64,000 bases of DNA from Parasitella parasitica NRRL 2501 (GCA_025201805.1 MU619280.1:96927-160926); one strand, 5' to 3'. Positions 37,552 through 51,423 are shown, counted from the first letter of the stretch. Numbers and translations: made by a program. The notes: generated by a model from the sequence alone, not told the origin.

Positions 37552-38640
37552 TTAACTCCAGCCAAAATAGAGCCCCACAACATTTTCGCTAAGGTTAATC
37601 CCAAGAACACATAACACGACAAAGAGTGCCAGGAACCCAAATATAGGATAAAGCAGCAGCTCTGTATGAGCCAAGAAAGGTAGCACTGTTTGTTGCAGAT
37701 CTGTCAATAAAATCCCCACTTATATGCACTTTTATACTTGCCATTAAATCCTAAAAATGTGCCATAACAATACCAAATGATGGATATTAAGTAGATTGAG
37801 TTACTGATGATCAGAGAAGCCCAGTTGTGACGGATCAGAAGATTGAGAAAGAAGAACTGTATAATGTATAATATCAGAAATAATGGAAAAAACGAATTAC
37901 AATGAACATCGAAAGCGTAAGCCCATTCTACTTTTTGATCGTTGGTTTGTGTCGTCCCATGATTTTGATTCAGGAATTTGTTGGTAACCAACCATAAAAA
38001 TGTAGTTACAAATGAACCCACCAGGACAAAGTCCACGAGTACCATGAGCAGCATAGCTTTAAGAACACCCAAGATCCCAAGTCCAAATACGAATCCCCAA
38101 GCAATAGCCGAGACTGAGTCAAAAGCAGTGTGAATATCATCCCGTGTTCTACGCAAATCGCTGGACTTACTTGATAATAAAGACGCCAGCAATACTAGAA
38201 ATGCTGGATCGTCTCTAGCCCATTGGTTTTTTGTTTCTTTTTTTTTTGTTTTGTTCATGAGATGTTAAATTAACATTAATGATGAACCTACAAATTAGTA
38301 CTTACGTTTATGATAGTAAATGTTTCGATATCTAGTTGTTTTTATTAAGAAAATCGTTCGGTGTTAATTTTTGGATATGTCTGCTAGAACTTACACTCTC
38401 CTCGGCGCAATTAATAGATACGCCATCTGCCATAGAGCAAACTTGAAAATTTGATTAAGATATTACATATCGCAACACGTTCATTGTTTTTTTTTTTTAC
38501 ATGCTTACCTCAAAATCCATCTGTGTAAATCGAACTAATCTCGTTAATATTAATGGCATGAAAGAAGATCGTTTATATCTTGTCTGCTGCTGTTTTTGCA
38601 ATTGTTTTTTAGTGTTGGAAAAGCTAGGTAAAAGTTCCAT
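37552..38640 (-). CDS. GMH1: UNC-50/Gmh1 family Golgi membrane protein
   Basis: Motifs QMDFE.ALWQM, TKNQWARDDPAF, VEWAYAFDVHCNSFFP and LPFL. Multi-exon. Confidence 0.93.
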
Positions 38641-38718
38641 GTTTATTAAGTGTATTAAAGCAAATTAATCAGAGAAAAAATGTTCAAAATATTATTTTGC
38701 CCTGAGCGGAAGTTCATT

Positions 38719-39367
38719 TTAATAATGTGCTTGATGATCATGTTGATAGTCAGACCACTGCTTCATGCTCTCTTCAATGCCAAAGGTATTGTGATGAAAG
38801 TAATAAGAAATGTCAAGCCCAATAGGAGTTCGATAATTCACAAAAGTTGAGATAGGAGGCAGATGTGGATGTTTATCTTTACTTTTTGTTGAATAGTGAT
38901 GGTAGGTACCAGCAACATTTGGTGCTGCTTCTGCTGCTACTGGTGATGGCTGTTGACGCAATTGAAGTTGCTGAGGAGATTTATCATCTTCTTTATAATG
39001 TCTTTAGAAGAAATTAATGAAAAATGTGCTTTTACTTACTGTTTGTCTTTTTTGGATGTTGACCTTTCAATTTGTTTTTTTTATTTTCTTTTGCTCTTCT
39101 GTTTTGAAACCTACAATGTGGCTTTATTTATCATTCAAGATAGCCAACTTATGTTGTAAATATATACCAGAAATGAATACTTCTTTCAGACATCTGAACA
39201 GATTTAGCTATTTCTCTCTTTTTTTCAGTGTTAGGGTTCTTATTTTCGGCAAAATACTGCTCCAAAATGACCATCTCCTCTTTAGATGTGCGCATTCGTC
39301 TCTTTGCGACTGTACTGAGAGAGAGATTGTCAATAGATTGTGTTAGTTCCTTGTTATCAATACCCAT
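38719..39367 (-). CDS. Homeodomain transcription factor
   Basis: KRRMRTSKEE..ILEQYF..NKNP....REIA....MSERSIHFW, then an intron, then FQNRRAK. Confidence 0.88.
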
Positions 39368-39793
39368 GTTCAAAGACTATTAAAAATAAAAAAGAAAGGG
39401 AAAAAAAAACCAAACCTTGACAACATCATTTATGTATGTATACGGTACTCGATTCATTGATAAATTATTGCTTCAATACATCTATCAACCAGCGTGAAGA
39501 AACCCAGACAAAATATCAATTTTATGCTTTGGCGAGTTTATTCATTATCAATGAAAAAAAAACCCTCTAAAAAACTCAAAATGTATTTTTAAATGTAACC
39601 AATGTTTGCTTTCTCAAATGTCTTTGCTTATGATTATGAAATACGCCATGTTACCTTTGGAAGTGGGAACTTCCTGTAGACAGTGGCTGATGTTTTTAAA
39701 GCACGCAAAAGTTTTCCACTAAAGTATTGTATAATATCGTATTGACATTCTTACTGTTCTTTTTATTTATCTATTATTATTTGGATAGAAAAA

Positions 39794-42678
39794 ATGGGTG
39801 CAGCAGATAGTAAACTTGCTTTCCGAAGAAGTGTATTTAGATTATATGAAGAGCCAGTAAGGAAAAGATTTAAAAATGATGAATAGAATGAACACCAACA
39901 TTTATTCAATTATACTTAGACCATTCCAGCATCCGAAAATGAGTATTGGGAACAGGCATGATAGAAGGAAAGAAAGCTATGATGTGTATATTTACAGGTA
40001 ATTTAATAGTTTTGGAATTTACCGGAGTCTGCAGACGACATCTTCTCCTTGATTGGAGCAAACGATATCAGGAGAACAAGAGACATGGCTCGAAAGAACT
40101 TTGAAACGTTGATTGATAAGGCACTGGAGAAGATGCAGCAAATATTAAAGGCGTCTAACTTTCCATCTGAGCAGTACTCGATCAACCACCTTTTGAACTG
40201 CTGTCGCATACTGACACGATTGATTCCTTTTGTTTTTGAAAGCGCTGATTGCTTGGAATGGGAGGATTTATTTTTTTGGACTCCAAGACAGGTAGAAAAA
40301 GAAAAGAAGAATCCTGATGATAAACCCGAATACGACACTCTGGTTTGTCGTGGTGAACTTGTTTTAGATTGTAAGGACTCGAAACTATTCGTATTTTACT
40401 GCTCAGCATAAAGCTAATAATGCCGTTATCTTTGTATAGCAACAATCCAAGCGTTGTTTTTAGCAGGATTTACTATTCCAATATCCTTGGCAACCAAGGT
40501 ATCCAAAGTCAATTATGCAATCTGGGAAAATGGCGTTGGCTCTACCATTCCAATCAGCACATACAAAGACAACGAAGCTAATCGCACAGAAGTTTTGAGA
40601 CTATTAGCCGTATTGCTGTCTAAATCCATGTATGTACCTCCCGCTCAATTACTTTCAAAAGAAGATCACTGGCTTCGATACGTAGCTGTCAAATTGGAGC
40701 GCAAGGTCGTGCTGGTGATTCTATGCAGTTTAGTGAACACTATTTGCAATTATGATCCCACCGGCTGGGTTCCTTACAATCATGTTGTTCAGGGAGGCCC
40801 GCGAGAACAACTTGTCTCCTTTTGTCTCACCAACTTGCTTATTTTGTTGGATTACCGTTCCCCACAGCAGGCAGAGTTATTGCGCCAATACGATCAAGCT
40901 GTATCACCTACCAGCGCAACCACGGACCTTCCTGCAAGTATGGAAATACTAACGTTGGACAACCCCGACGCTATCACTAAAACAAGCGTAGAGTTGGAAG
41001 TTTTCACGCCTGTTGATCAATTGGCTAACCAGCATGAGGAAAATGCCTTCCGCCATTATATGTCGAAACTTCACAGAGACCAGGACTTCAAGTTTTTGAT
41101 GGACGGTATTTACCGCCTACTAAGTAATCCAATGACTGCAGTCAGCACTTACTTGCCAGGCTCAACAAAACGTGTTGGATGCTTTGTGAATGTGATGATG
41201 ATGTGTTGGAAACTTCTGGAGACAAACTCGGTAAATCAGTGCAGCTATTTTTAAAGCATTGCATGTGCTAACTAAGTTGAACGTTGAATAGAGATTTGCA
41301 AACTACCTGGTAGAAACTGATCGGGCACTTGATCTAACAGTTTTGTTGATTTTCCATGCTACTGATAACAAGGACAAGATCGGTAAGTAGCATAGCAGAT
41401 TAACGCATGAATCGAGCAAGATTATTTAACATACATAAATAGCACAACTTGGACTTGTTCGTATGTGTGCATTCATCCTCCAAACATTATCCTCAAACAA
41501 AGAATACAGTGCCAAATTAAACAAGTCCTTCTCAGCGCATTCATCTCTTCCATCATCTATCCGACTTTATGCATTCAATGGTACCTACGCCGACTTTTTG
41601 ATCATTGTATAGTATTATCTCTATTTGACACTGATTGCAAACCTAACCTACTACATAGTCCGTATTTTCATTGATTGCGTCTACCCAGGGCAAACTCTCT
41701 TCATTGTATCCTGCACTGATTCTGACTATCTCCAACATTTCACCCTATTTAACAAATCTCGGTGTAACAACCGCATCCAAGCTTTTAACCTTGTTTAATT
41801 CCATGTCATCGCCTTCTTTCTTGATGGCAGACGAATACAACTTCCAATTAACTGGTTACCTCTTGGAAACATTCAGCAACATTATCAATTACCAGTATGC
41901 AGAAAATCCTAATCTGATCTATTCCATGGTGTTACACCACGATTACTTTGAAAAGTTAGACCAACTAACATTTGAAGACGCTGTTAGAGAATCCGAAAGA
42001 GTAAGACAGCTGCGAACAAGCAAAGAGGTTGAAAGAACCGAGAAAAACGCCGATGCAACATCCCCACCACCAACACCACCGGCAACCACTGAAGATAGCC
42101 ACGATTCTACCGAGAATGAGCAATCATCTCTAGCTGAACATAAAACCAAAGATATCCCAAAAGGGAAGGATAACGAGGAGTCCAAGCCAAGCTATGCCTC
42201 GGTTGCTGCATCTGCTAATAACCACGATCAAGAAGAAGAAGAGAACAAAATCAACAAGCCGGAGCAGATTCAAGTGGTACCCACTGGTGAGGATGGCGCC
42301 ATTAGCAATACTAACACCCGTCCCTGTTTGAATGGGTTTATACCAATAGAAGCATGGTGGTCTTATTGGAAGTCCCATATGCAGCTTGCGACTACCTTAG
42401 CCATGTTGAAGCATTTAGTGCCTAAAGTGGAAGAAAAGTGTGCAGAGGGAAATATCATCACATTGGAGGAACTGATGGTATTTCTGAAGACCATCCAATT
42501 GGACAATGTCTTACCAGAAGACAGTAAGTCTATTTTTATTCGCAAATTTCAATGGGGAGAGGCTCTGGTGATCTGGTTTCGTAGCATGATGTGGGGTCAG
42601 AACTATGTGTTTTCTATGAACGAACACGGTGCTTGGAATGGTACACATGTGAAACTATTTCAAATCAAAGAAGAATAG
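39794..42678 (+). CDS. HID1: HID1/Ecm30 family protein, multi-exon
   Basis: MGAADSKLAFR (myristoylation-type N-terminus), LNCCRILTRLIPFVFE, IWENGVG, NRTEVLRLL and WNGTHVKLF. Confidence 0.92.
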
Positions 42679-42847
42679 GTTGATCAGCATAGAAGGGCAG
42701 ATGGGGCGATGATTTGTTGCCATGATACAGATTTTTAATAGATCACCCGGGATTTTAACCTTTTGTCCTACATGATGTTTTATTATAATAAAAAAAGCTT
42801 TATTTTTTCCTTTTCCTTCTTTCTTTTGGTTTATACCATTATTAGAG

Positions 42848-43291
42848 ATGGATGTTATAGTTGCCGAAGTATTCTCGAGATGGTATATTTATCTATACGA
42901 GCAAATTGGACCCCAGATTCATGCGCCAACGCCAGATCAACTATTTCAAACAGTAACCCAAATAGCCTCTGTCTTGTACGAACATAGTCCACCCATCGTT
43001 CGAACTTACTATACTATATTAAACTCAATCCCGGTGCAAACTGACATTATTCCAGTAGCATTAGCCATGCTGATTCTATACGCCTTATTTGCCTTAATTG
43101 TAGTCGTTTTCCGTAGTCTGTTTAGATTGGTTTATGGGTTCGTTCGACTTGGCATCATCATCATTTTACTAGCTGTCTTGGCTTGCATTGTACTGCAATA
43201 TACAACTGCAATGGAGAGGGGTCCTTTCGATCAATTTTTTCATTCTTCTGCAGGGACATTATCAAGAACGCCTCATCACCACCATTCATAA
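42848..43291 (+). CDS. Small two-TM membrane protein (possibly Apq12-like)
   Basis: 147-aa ORF with two hydrophobic helices separated by an amphipathic RSLFRLVYGFVR linker. Confidence 0.55.
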   Translation: MDVIVAEVFSRWYIYLYEQIGPQIHAPTPDQLFQTVTQIASVLYEHSPPIVRTYYTILNSIPVQTDIIPVALAMLILYALFALIVVVFRSLFRLVYGFVRLGIIIILLAVLACIVLQYTTAMERGPFDQFFHSSAGTLSRTPHHHHS

Positions 43292-44268
43292 TGTTTGTCT
43301 TGTGGTCCTTTTTGCAACTCGCTCTTTCTCACATGCTTTTTATACGATACACCTTTCTTTTTTTCACATGTATTTAATAAACAATAATTGTTTTCAATTC
43401 GGGAGCAAATCAATTGTACCTGTAATAGATTTCATCATGATATGCATATAAAATCTTTGACAGTATATTCATTCAAGCGAATGTTAAATTAGAGATCTCA
43501 TGAGAAGACATCTAGTTAGCATGCATGATTGCACATTATATTGCACACATAAAATAATAATACATATACCACGCAAACCAAAGATCAGTGCCGTCGTTAA
43601 TAAATGGCCATCTCTTGTAACCTAGCTCCTCGTGGTATAGTCCTGTATACATTTCCTGAAATAGTTGGCACCAATACTGTATCAAGGCAGTGTACAAATA
43701 GAATTGAGCTGATGCTGCGGACTGTATGAATCCTGTCTCCCATTCAGTGCTTTCCTAAAGTCGAGACGACTAATTTTCTAAACTTCTGAAGCAGTTACGA
43801 CGAGAGCACATCAAAGTAAAAAACGCTCATTATTGCTACTTTGAGAATAAGGAAGCTCCATTTTTCACTGTTGTCAGTTTGCTTTGTATTTTAAGGGCAG
43901 TCTTTTTTAAATAAAGGGCATTCACATAGAAATCAGTCATTGAAAGCAAGTTGATGTATTCACCAAAGCACAAATGTCTTGGGAACTTGCCGCACAAACG
44001 TAATCTCCTTGCTTCACATGAGAGATTCTTTGCTTAAGCCTCGTTTCATAGAATCACTTTTTGAAAAGGGAGATGTTTCAACCCAATTGTAAAATATGTT
44101 TGGTCCTAGATTACCGGTACAGTTGCGTCTATCACAATCATGGCTCCCAAAATGTGTATTTGGCTCCGTTCAAAATGTATTCTGCCCATTTACTTTTTTA
44201 TATCTGTTTTTGTGCGTTCCCTTTATTCTGCCTCTCTTTCCTTCAATCCTTCAGCTTCTCATTACACT

Positions 44269-45913
44269 ATGACTAAAGTTCAAGAACTTGATCAAAAGCA
44301 TATCATTGGTGTTGTCTTTAAGGCATTGCTGATCGACTTGTTTTCATTTACAATCATACTTCCCCTGTTTCCTCGACTTTTGAATTACTACCAGAGCAAA
44401 GAAATTGGCCATCAAGTAAGTATACGTATACGAGTTGTGATACGTGCAGAGAATGTTCATCAGTAGTACAATGTCCAAAAGGAAACCATCTTGGGCTATG
44501 CTCTTCAGGTGTTGGAGCAATTCAAGCGTTTGATCACAACCAATCAACACGCCTCTGTAAAGGCAGGTTATGCAGACAAATGGGATACTGTATTACTGGG
44601 AGGGTTAATTGGATCCTTGTTCTCGTTTCTACAATTTTTCGTATCGCCAAAAATTGGACGCGCCAGCGATAGATTTGGACGTAGAGCCGTCCTATTGTAT
44701 ACCATGGTATGTAAAGCCGTAAGCGTCATCGAAATGCATCAAGGGTTGTTGACCATGAATGGTAGATAGGCAATATTTTATCCACCCTCATTTGGCTATT
44801 TGCTCGCTCGTTCAGTTTGTTTCTGGTGGCTCGAGTTATTGCTGGCTTGAGCGAAGGCAACGTGCAATTGAGTACGGCCATCATTTCTGATGTCACAACG
44901 CCTGAAAAAAGATCTAGAAGCCTGGTAAATGAGTATTACCGATGTTGATTCAGCTTATCTGAAGGAATTTTTTGCTTCTTATTTAGGCACTCATTGGCAT
45001 TGCATTTGCTACTGCATTTACTGTAGGGCCAGCTATTGGTGCTTGGTTTGCTTCTATAGACTTGAGTGAAGCCTGTCCTTCTCTTGTCAAGTTTGGAATC
45101 TATCCTTATTCAATGGCTGCATTTGTTGGTTTAGTCTTATTGGTCATTGAAACAGCTTATTTGTATTCAGCTTTACCAGAGACAATTCATTTCCGCCAAC
45201 AAGTGGAGGCAACAGCCAACAGCAGCAGCAGCAGCAGAGAAACCACCGAGCCTATTACCTTACAGATGATTCAGACGCGTTTAATGAATTTGGAACATCT
45301 CAAACAAATTATGTGTGCATTCTCATTTTTATTCTCTGGCATGGAGTTCACATTAGTGTTTTTGACATTTGATGTCTTGGATTACAGTCATATGCAGCAA
45401 GGTAAACTCTTGGGTTTAATGGGTATTGTATCAGCATTGATACAAGGCGGCTACGTTAGACGTCGTGTACAAAAGCTTGGTGAAAAGATATTGATCTTGC
45501 AAGGCATGGTTAGCTGTGTTGCTGGTCTTTACTGCCTAGCTCATTGTGTCAAAGCTAGCAACCCAGTCGCATGGCTTTACGCTGGTGTAACATGTTTAGC
45601 ATTTACCTCGGGTACTGTTGTCAACTGTCTCACAAGTTTGGCCAGTCTGCAATGTCACGAAAAATCCAGCGATGATGCTTTGAGCAAGGGCCGTGCATTA
45701 GGTGAATTCCGTAGCTTTGGTCAATTAGGTCGTGCGTTAGGTCCCATTAGTACTTGCGGGTTTTATTGGATCTTTGGTCCCGGCGCATGTTATGCCTTGG
45801 GTGCACTGATGATGGTTGGCTTGACTTGGATTACAGTTATGAACACACCATCAAGCAAAAACGTTCCCACTAGAAAGACAGCTGTTTCAAAGGAATCAAA
45901 AAAGACTGAATAG
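44269..45913 (+). CDS. MFS transporter (MFSD10/tetracycline efflux-like)
   Basis: Motifs LLIDLFSFTIILPLFP, GRASDRFGRR, SEGNVQLS.AIISDVT, FSGMEFTL and GQLGRALGP. Confidence 0.93.
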
Positions 45914-46117
45914 AGCATTTCACAAACCGTGTTATTCGGCAGAAAACATTAGCATACATCGACTAATACAATAGTAACACCTTGTACACAATATTACCGC
46001 TTTGTAAATATACAAAAAAAAAAGAAGGATTTTTATTGAATTAATGAATTATTGAGCAGTAAGGTAGTAAGGTTTTTCTTTTTAAAAAAAAGGAGCATGC
46101 ATTATACAAAGGGAAGA

Positions 46118-47117
46118 TTAGAACTATGTAAAGAGAAAGTTTTAGTTTCACATAATTAATTCAATATTCATTATAAAAGCTTACATAGTTACTGGGAACA
46201 ATACCAGTAGTGCCATCTACCTTGCGTGCTTGCCACCAATTACCACGCTTATCCAAGATGTCAAGCGACTCACCCTTTTCAAATGAAAGTTCATTTGGGT
46301 CATCTGGGCTTCCTTGATCTAAAACGAATAGATTAGCGATATTTTAGACTCATGCATAAGGCTTCTTCACATACAATCATGCAAAGCAGTTGCTTGTTCG
46401 AAGGTGTCGATAGCATCCCCAACTTCTTCATCGTGACGGCGGGGCAAAGGCTTCTTGTCATGAGAATTGGTGTTTGGGCGCACAGCGTTAGAGAACTTGT
46501 GTCCAAAGTGAGCAGTCTTTTCATTGACGCCTCTGAAACTACCATTGCTCATAAAAGTGCCACCACCTGGAGCAGTTAATTCAATTGCCCAGATGAACTA
46601 AGTTTATGCATCGAACTCTTTAATATCCGAGACACTTTTTTTTTTTTTTTTTTTTTNNNNNNNNNNTACCTCAACAATGATCAAAATGACAGCTCCTGCA
46701 GTAGCAGCTCCGGCACCACCAATGTCATTATTGTCTAATGTCCATTGACAAAGCCAAGTCAAATAGACAAGACTTACAGCCATAAAGAGATAGACCTAAG
46801 CAACCGAAAAGTTTAATTCCGCACATATAATGTATAGTTTGATGTCCTTTTACCATCTCTCTAAAACGGTTGAATACACCAAGACCAAGGATAATAATAA
46901 TACCAACAACAACGACTAGTTCAAAAATAATGATAAACCAAGTTACACCGTGGAAAGCGGCAACACAACCACCAATGAAGAGAATGAGCCAAGCAGCCTA
47001 ATACAAAGAAGCATTAGAGTAACGTTAGCAAATTGACTTTTTAGATCGACTTACAGCTGCCAAGGCAGAAGTGATTGCAATCAATGGACTAGTTAAACTA
47101 TGATTATATTCTTCCAT
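46118..47117 (-). CDS. SHO1: Sho1-like osmosensor (4 TM plus SH3), spanning an assembly gap
   Basis: Four hydrophobic segments in the 5' exons. C-terminal SH3: EALHE/YQGSPDDPNELSFEKGESLDILDKRGNWWQARK..G.TGIVPSNYF. Confidence 0.85.
46657..46666. other. Assembly gap (others at 52639-52648 and 57038-57052)
   Basis: Runs of N, next to homopolymer tracts. Confidence 0.99.
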
Positions 47118-47421
47118 TTTGATCAGTTCTTATGATTTCGAATAATTAGATGTATAAAAAGAACAAGCGACTCTCGAAAAAGCATGAAATGAACTTTATA
47201 TAAAAAACTCTAATTTCTAGGGGGTTCACATACTGCAATGACAGAAACAAACTTACATCACATTGCTGTAACGAGTAAAAAAATTAGCATGATAATCTCT
47301 TTTTGTAGATGTCTCAAATGAATTTTAGGTAGAATTAGAGCCTTTTTTTTTTTTTTATTATTGTTGTTTACGTGTTGATTTTTAATCAAAATAAAAGCTT
47401 AAAAAAATTGATGCATTTTTT

Positions 47422-47949
47422 TTAACGATACTAAACATATGCAAAAGAGTGAGTATCTTGTCACCGAAAAAAAAAAATCTACATTTTACCTTGTGGAAAC
47501 CAATATCATTGGAATATTCACGGAAACATTGACGACAGATGTTCAAGTTGTACTTGCGGATCAAACCAGCGCGATGAGCACAGACACGACTAGATGCAAG
47601 AGTCAGTTAATTGCGCCCTGGTTTCTCCTCCAATCCAGGATTTTTCTTTTCGGTTGATCTCATTTTTGAGGGATTTAGTCTCCATAAAAACGATGCAATA
47701 AATTTGATCTATTCGCAATATTTGATTACCGTTATATTGTTGTAACACTGCATGTTTTTTCGTTGCATTTTTTGATAACAGAGGTAGATCGTGCTCGACA
47801 TGTCTCTTGATTTTGCTCAAATAAAAATCAACCGAAAAAAAAAAAAATCCTGAATCAAAAAAACACAAAAAATTGCTTTTTACATACCATTGACGAGAGC
47901 CCTTACCATACTTCTTAGGGTGGGAGTTCCAAACGTTAGCGTGAGCCAT
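47422..47949 (-). CDS. RPS29: 40S ribosomal protein S29 (uS14), 3 exons
   Basis: [56 protein letters not shown]. Confidence 0.97.
47633..47855 (-). repeat. About 38 bp imperfect inverted repeat in RPS29 intron 1
   Basis: atccaggatttttcttttcggttgatctcatttttgag (47633-47670) pairs with ctcaaataaaaatcaaccgaaaaaaaaaaaaatcctgaat (47816-47855). Confidence 0.85.
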
Positions 47950-50069
47950 ATTGTATATTTAAAAAAGAAAGAGGGAAAAGAGGAGATTGGAGAAGGCACC
48001 ACCACTATCCATAGCACCGAACTGAAAATTTTTTTACAGTGGTCACTGGGATACAAGTTGCAACAACTTGCAACCTCTTCATGTTGCTAAGCCACGGTTC
48101 ACCCACTCACAAGAAGCACAGAACCTACATCAATCTCATGTGATTTTGAGAAAGTCATTTAAAGTCATTTACAGAAGATTTGTGGGGTGTAATTGGAGAT
48201 ATTGCTTTTAACTCTTGAATAGTTTTGAATCAAATCCACAAAATCTTCATGCTCATCTTTCCAATAAAAAGGTATTTGAAGACATAAAAAGTTATGATAG
48301 CAATGATTGCACTTGACCAACGTGGTATTTGCTGGCCATCTTAAACATTCAAATATAGAAAAGCAATACAATGGTTTATCTGAAATCAGCTGATGGCACT
48401 GAAAAGAAGTTTGCTTGTATAAAGTGTATAAAGGTACATTACATACATTTGTTTAAAGTCAAAGCATTAATTGACGTACAATATAGGGTCACCGATCTTC
48501 TAAATGTAAGCATGAGAAAAGAGAATTGATTGAAATCAAAAGAAAGGGAAGGCCTGTATCACAATGCGAAAGTTGCCGCTTGTTGAGAAAAACAAAGCAA
48601 GTGCATATCAAATGTGAATGTCATCCAAAAGAAAAAGGTGAGTCCCTCTATATGCAAGCACGGGTCAATACAATCGACTGACAATATATGTGTTATGATA
48701 GAAACAGCCAATAATGCACCTACCACTGCCAACCTCATTTTCGATCAAGAGTCCCCTAGTAACAACTCTGACATAACTCCTTTGAATGGTAGGATAATAT
48801 ACGTAACTTTTTTACATGGTAGCGTTGCTAAAATCTTGGTCAATTAGTAAATAATATCAACGATAGCAATTTTAGCAATATCCTCGCTTCAACATCTTGT
48901 TTTGAATGCAGTAGACCCAAGCTCTACTGCAATTGTAAACAACTACCTCCCTCTACCACTAACAGCTCAGAAGGCTCAATCACACCTCCTGTTGCTGCTA
49001 CCTCTCCCTTTACCTCTGGATCAGCAGTAAAACTGAGACTTTCCTATCTAGACAATGTACCAACAGCATATCCAACCATATCAGCAGGACTGATAAACAA
49101 TACGAGTAGCCCCAACAGTAATAGTAATTCCCTACCTTCTTCACCAATGCGCCATTTGACAATACCTATACACGATCCATCCGACGACATTGACAGTGAT
49201 ACGCCTATATATAAGTCAGTTGAAGAAACTACTCATTTGGGCGAATTTACAAACAAGAGTTCGGATGAACTCATGACTCAAATCTACAGTCGGTTCCCAT
49301 CTTCTTCTTTATCGTTGCCTACAACTTCTACTATGATGCTAAAGGAAGATGTTGATGATAAGTTGGTTGAATTATCAAGAGAAACATAAGCTTTTTTTCA
49401 TTGAGATTAGTCGCTACAGGCAAAAAATTTGATAGAACCATCCTGGGTTGTACATAATTTAGACGATTCACTTAGGATCAACGAGATTGATACTTTTACA
49501 CTACGATTGGAAAATAAAAAGTAGTTTAAATGGATGAAATACGGCATATCTTACTTCTTACCTTTGTATGGCCTTTTTTGTCAGAAATGCAATGATCCGA
49601 GCAGTTGCAATGTCGAATTCAAAGTTTATGATGGGTGCCAAGATGAGCCGACTGTCAAAAACGATTTTAACCAGCCAGCTGTACATGCTGCCAATTTATA
49701 TTATTATTACATACATTGAAAACTTGCATTTTATGCGTAAACTTTTGAATGCTTCCTAGTTGGATTCTTGGGCAAATTTGACAGAATAGGTTTAATAGCG
49801 ACTGTTGGATCTAAGCTTTTGCATCAGTCTATTGATAAATTTACAAATCCCATTTTCCAGAACGCACATATGACATATATCTTTAAAAAATGGATAAATT
49901 TCCGCAAGTGTAGTAAAAGATGAGCATATTTTTGGAAATGTTTGCAGTGACGAAGAGTATTGGCAAACACTTGTATACATTTCGTATCTACGGCACTAAA
50001 ATACACGTAACAGCAAACACGGAAAAGCTCGGTGGGTCACCTGGATTTAACATAAACAAAAATTGTTAT

Positions 50070-51082
50070 TTATTCAATCTTTGGGTACAAATCTGTCCTG
50101 CGGTGATCCATTACAGGCATTTCAGTTCTGACTTTATACAAATACTCTAAATCGACATCTGCAACGGCTAAAGAGGGTTTATTCAGATTGTCAGGACATC
50201 GTGCAAGTACTGTCCCCCATGGGTCAACAATCTATATTGTAAAAATAAGCATAAACCACCAATATGATACATTTTGATTCAGACATACCATAGCATTGCC
50301 GTAACTAGCCCTTTTTTCATTGTGCTGGCCAATTTGAGCAGCAGCAATGACATAGGTTTGTGTTTCAATTGCTCTTGACCTTAAAAGAATTTCTATAAAC
50401 ACACAAGTTCAATATGGCCATTTTCATTCGTATGTAAACATTTAAATACCCCAATGTGCCATCCCTGTCCTGATTGTAAATGCACTAGGATAAGCCAACA
50501 GTTCTGCTCCTCTGGCACGTAAAGCGATCGACGACTCTGCAAATCTCATGTCATAACAAGTTTGTAATCCTAACTTGCCCAAAGGTGTCTTTTCAGGAGC
50601 ACCTATAACGTCTCCCTTTTCTGTAGTATCACTTTCCATCAATCTCGGCCCACCCGCAATATCTACATCAAACAAATGTATTTTACGATATGTATTTTTG
50701 ACTGTGCCTGAGCTGTCAATCACAAGGTGTGTATTATAGATCTTGTCTTCGGCTGTTGTCTCATGAACACCAACAGAGACCCAAATCCCAGACGCTGCTG
50801 CCTCGCTTTGTACTGCTTTTAAGAATTCAGATGCATTTAATGCTGTTGTAAGGTCCTTGGCTTCTTGTGTGTTTCTGGATATAAAGTCAGAAGCTTCAGG
50901 AAGAAATATCATCTACAATCATGTAAATTTTAAACATGGATAATAAAAACTGAATGCTTGTCGCTTCTTTATCTTACAGATGCTCCTTGTCGCGCTGCTT
51001 TCTTTATGAGATCTATACAAATTGACTTGTTGGCTGCAATAGAAGTCGTGGCACAAAATTGCCCTACTGCTGCAAGAGGCAT
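50070..51082 (-). CDS. Nitrilase-superfamily deaminated glutathione amidase (mammalian Nit1/yeast Nit2-like)
   Basis: Catalytic triad motifs [16 protein letters not shown] and CYDMRF. Also [22 protein letters not shown] and IVDPWG. Confidence 0.93.
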
Positions 51083-51423
51083 GATAATCTATAAGGGAAA
51101 AAGTGCAAAGGCTTCCCGTCTCTTTGTTGTGAACGAAAGGCTTTCAAGTGGCGACATGTCCAAGATCTCTGTGCTTAATTTCTCTGCAAAGCTATCTGAT
51201 AGATGGATAAATACGCAGCCTTTGCATGAAATATACAGTTTTCACTAAATTCAGTTTTTAAGCTAAAAAATAAAACTTTTTACTATAGTTATGCAAAATT
51301 GCTCTACAAGACTAAAATGTAACCAGATAAGGGAGATGCTCTGAGAATTATTTTTTGTCAGCGTCATTCTGTAAAATATTTATCACGTCAATTATGTTTA
51401 CTGTATGATTGATCTTGATGATA

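Noticed and set aside
15877-47117. YPD1 and SHO1 (both HOG pathway) as a functional cluster
   Set aside because: They are 30 kb apart with many unrelated genes between them, so chance is sufficient.
1375-51082. ChaC and Nit1-like amidase as a glutathione metabolism cluster
   Set aside because: They lie at opposite ends of the window with no linkage evidence.
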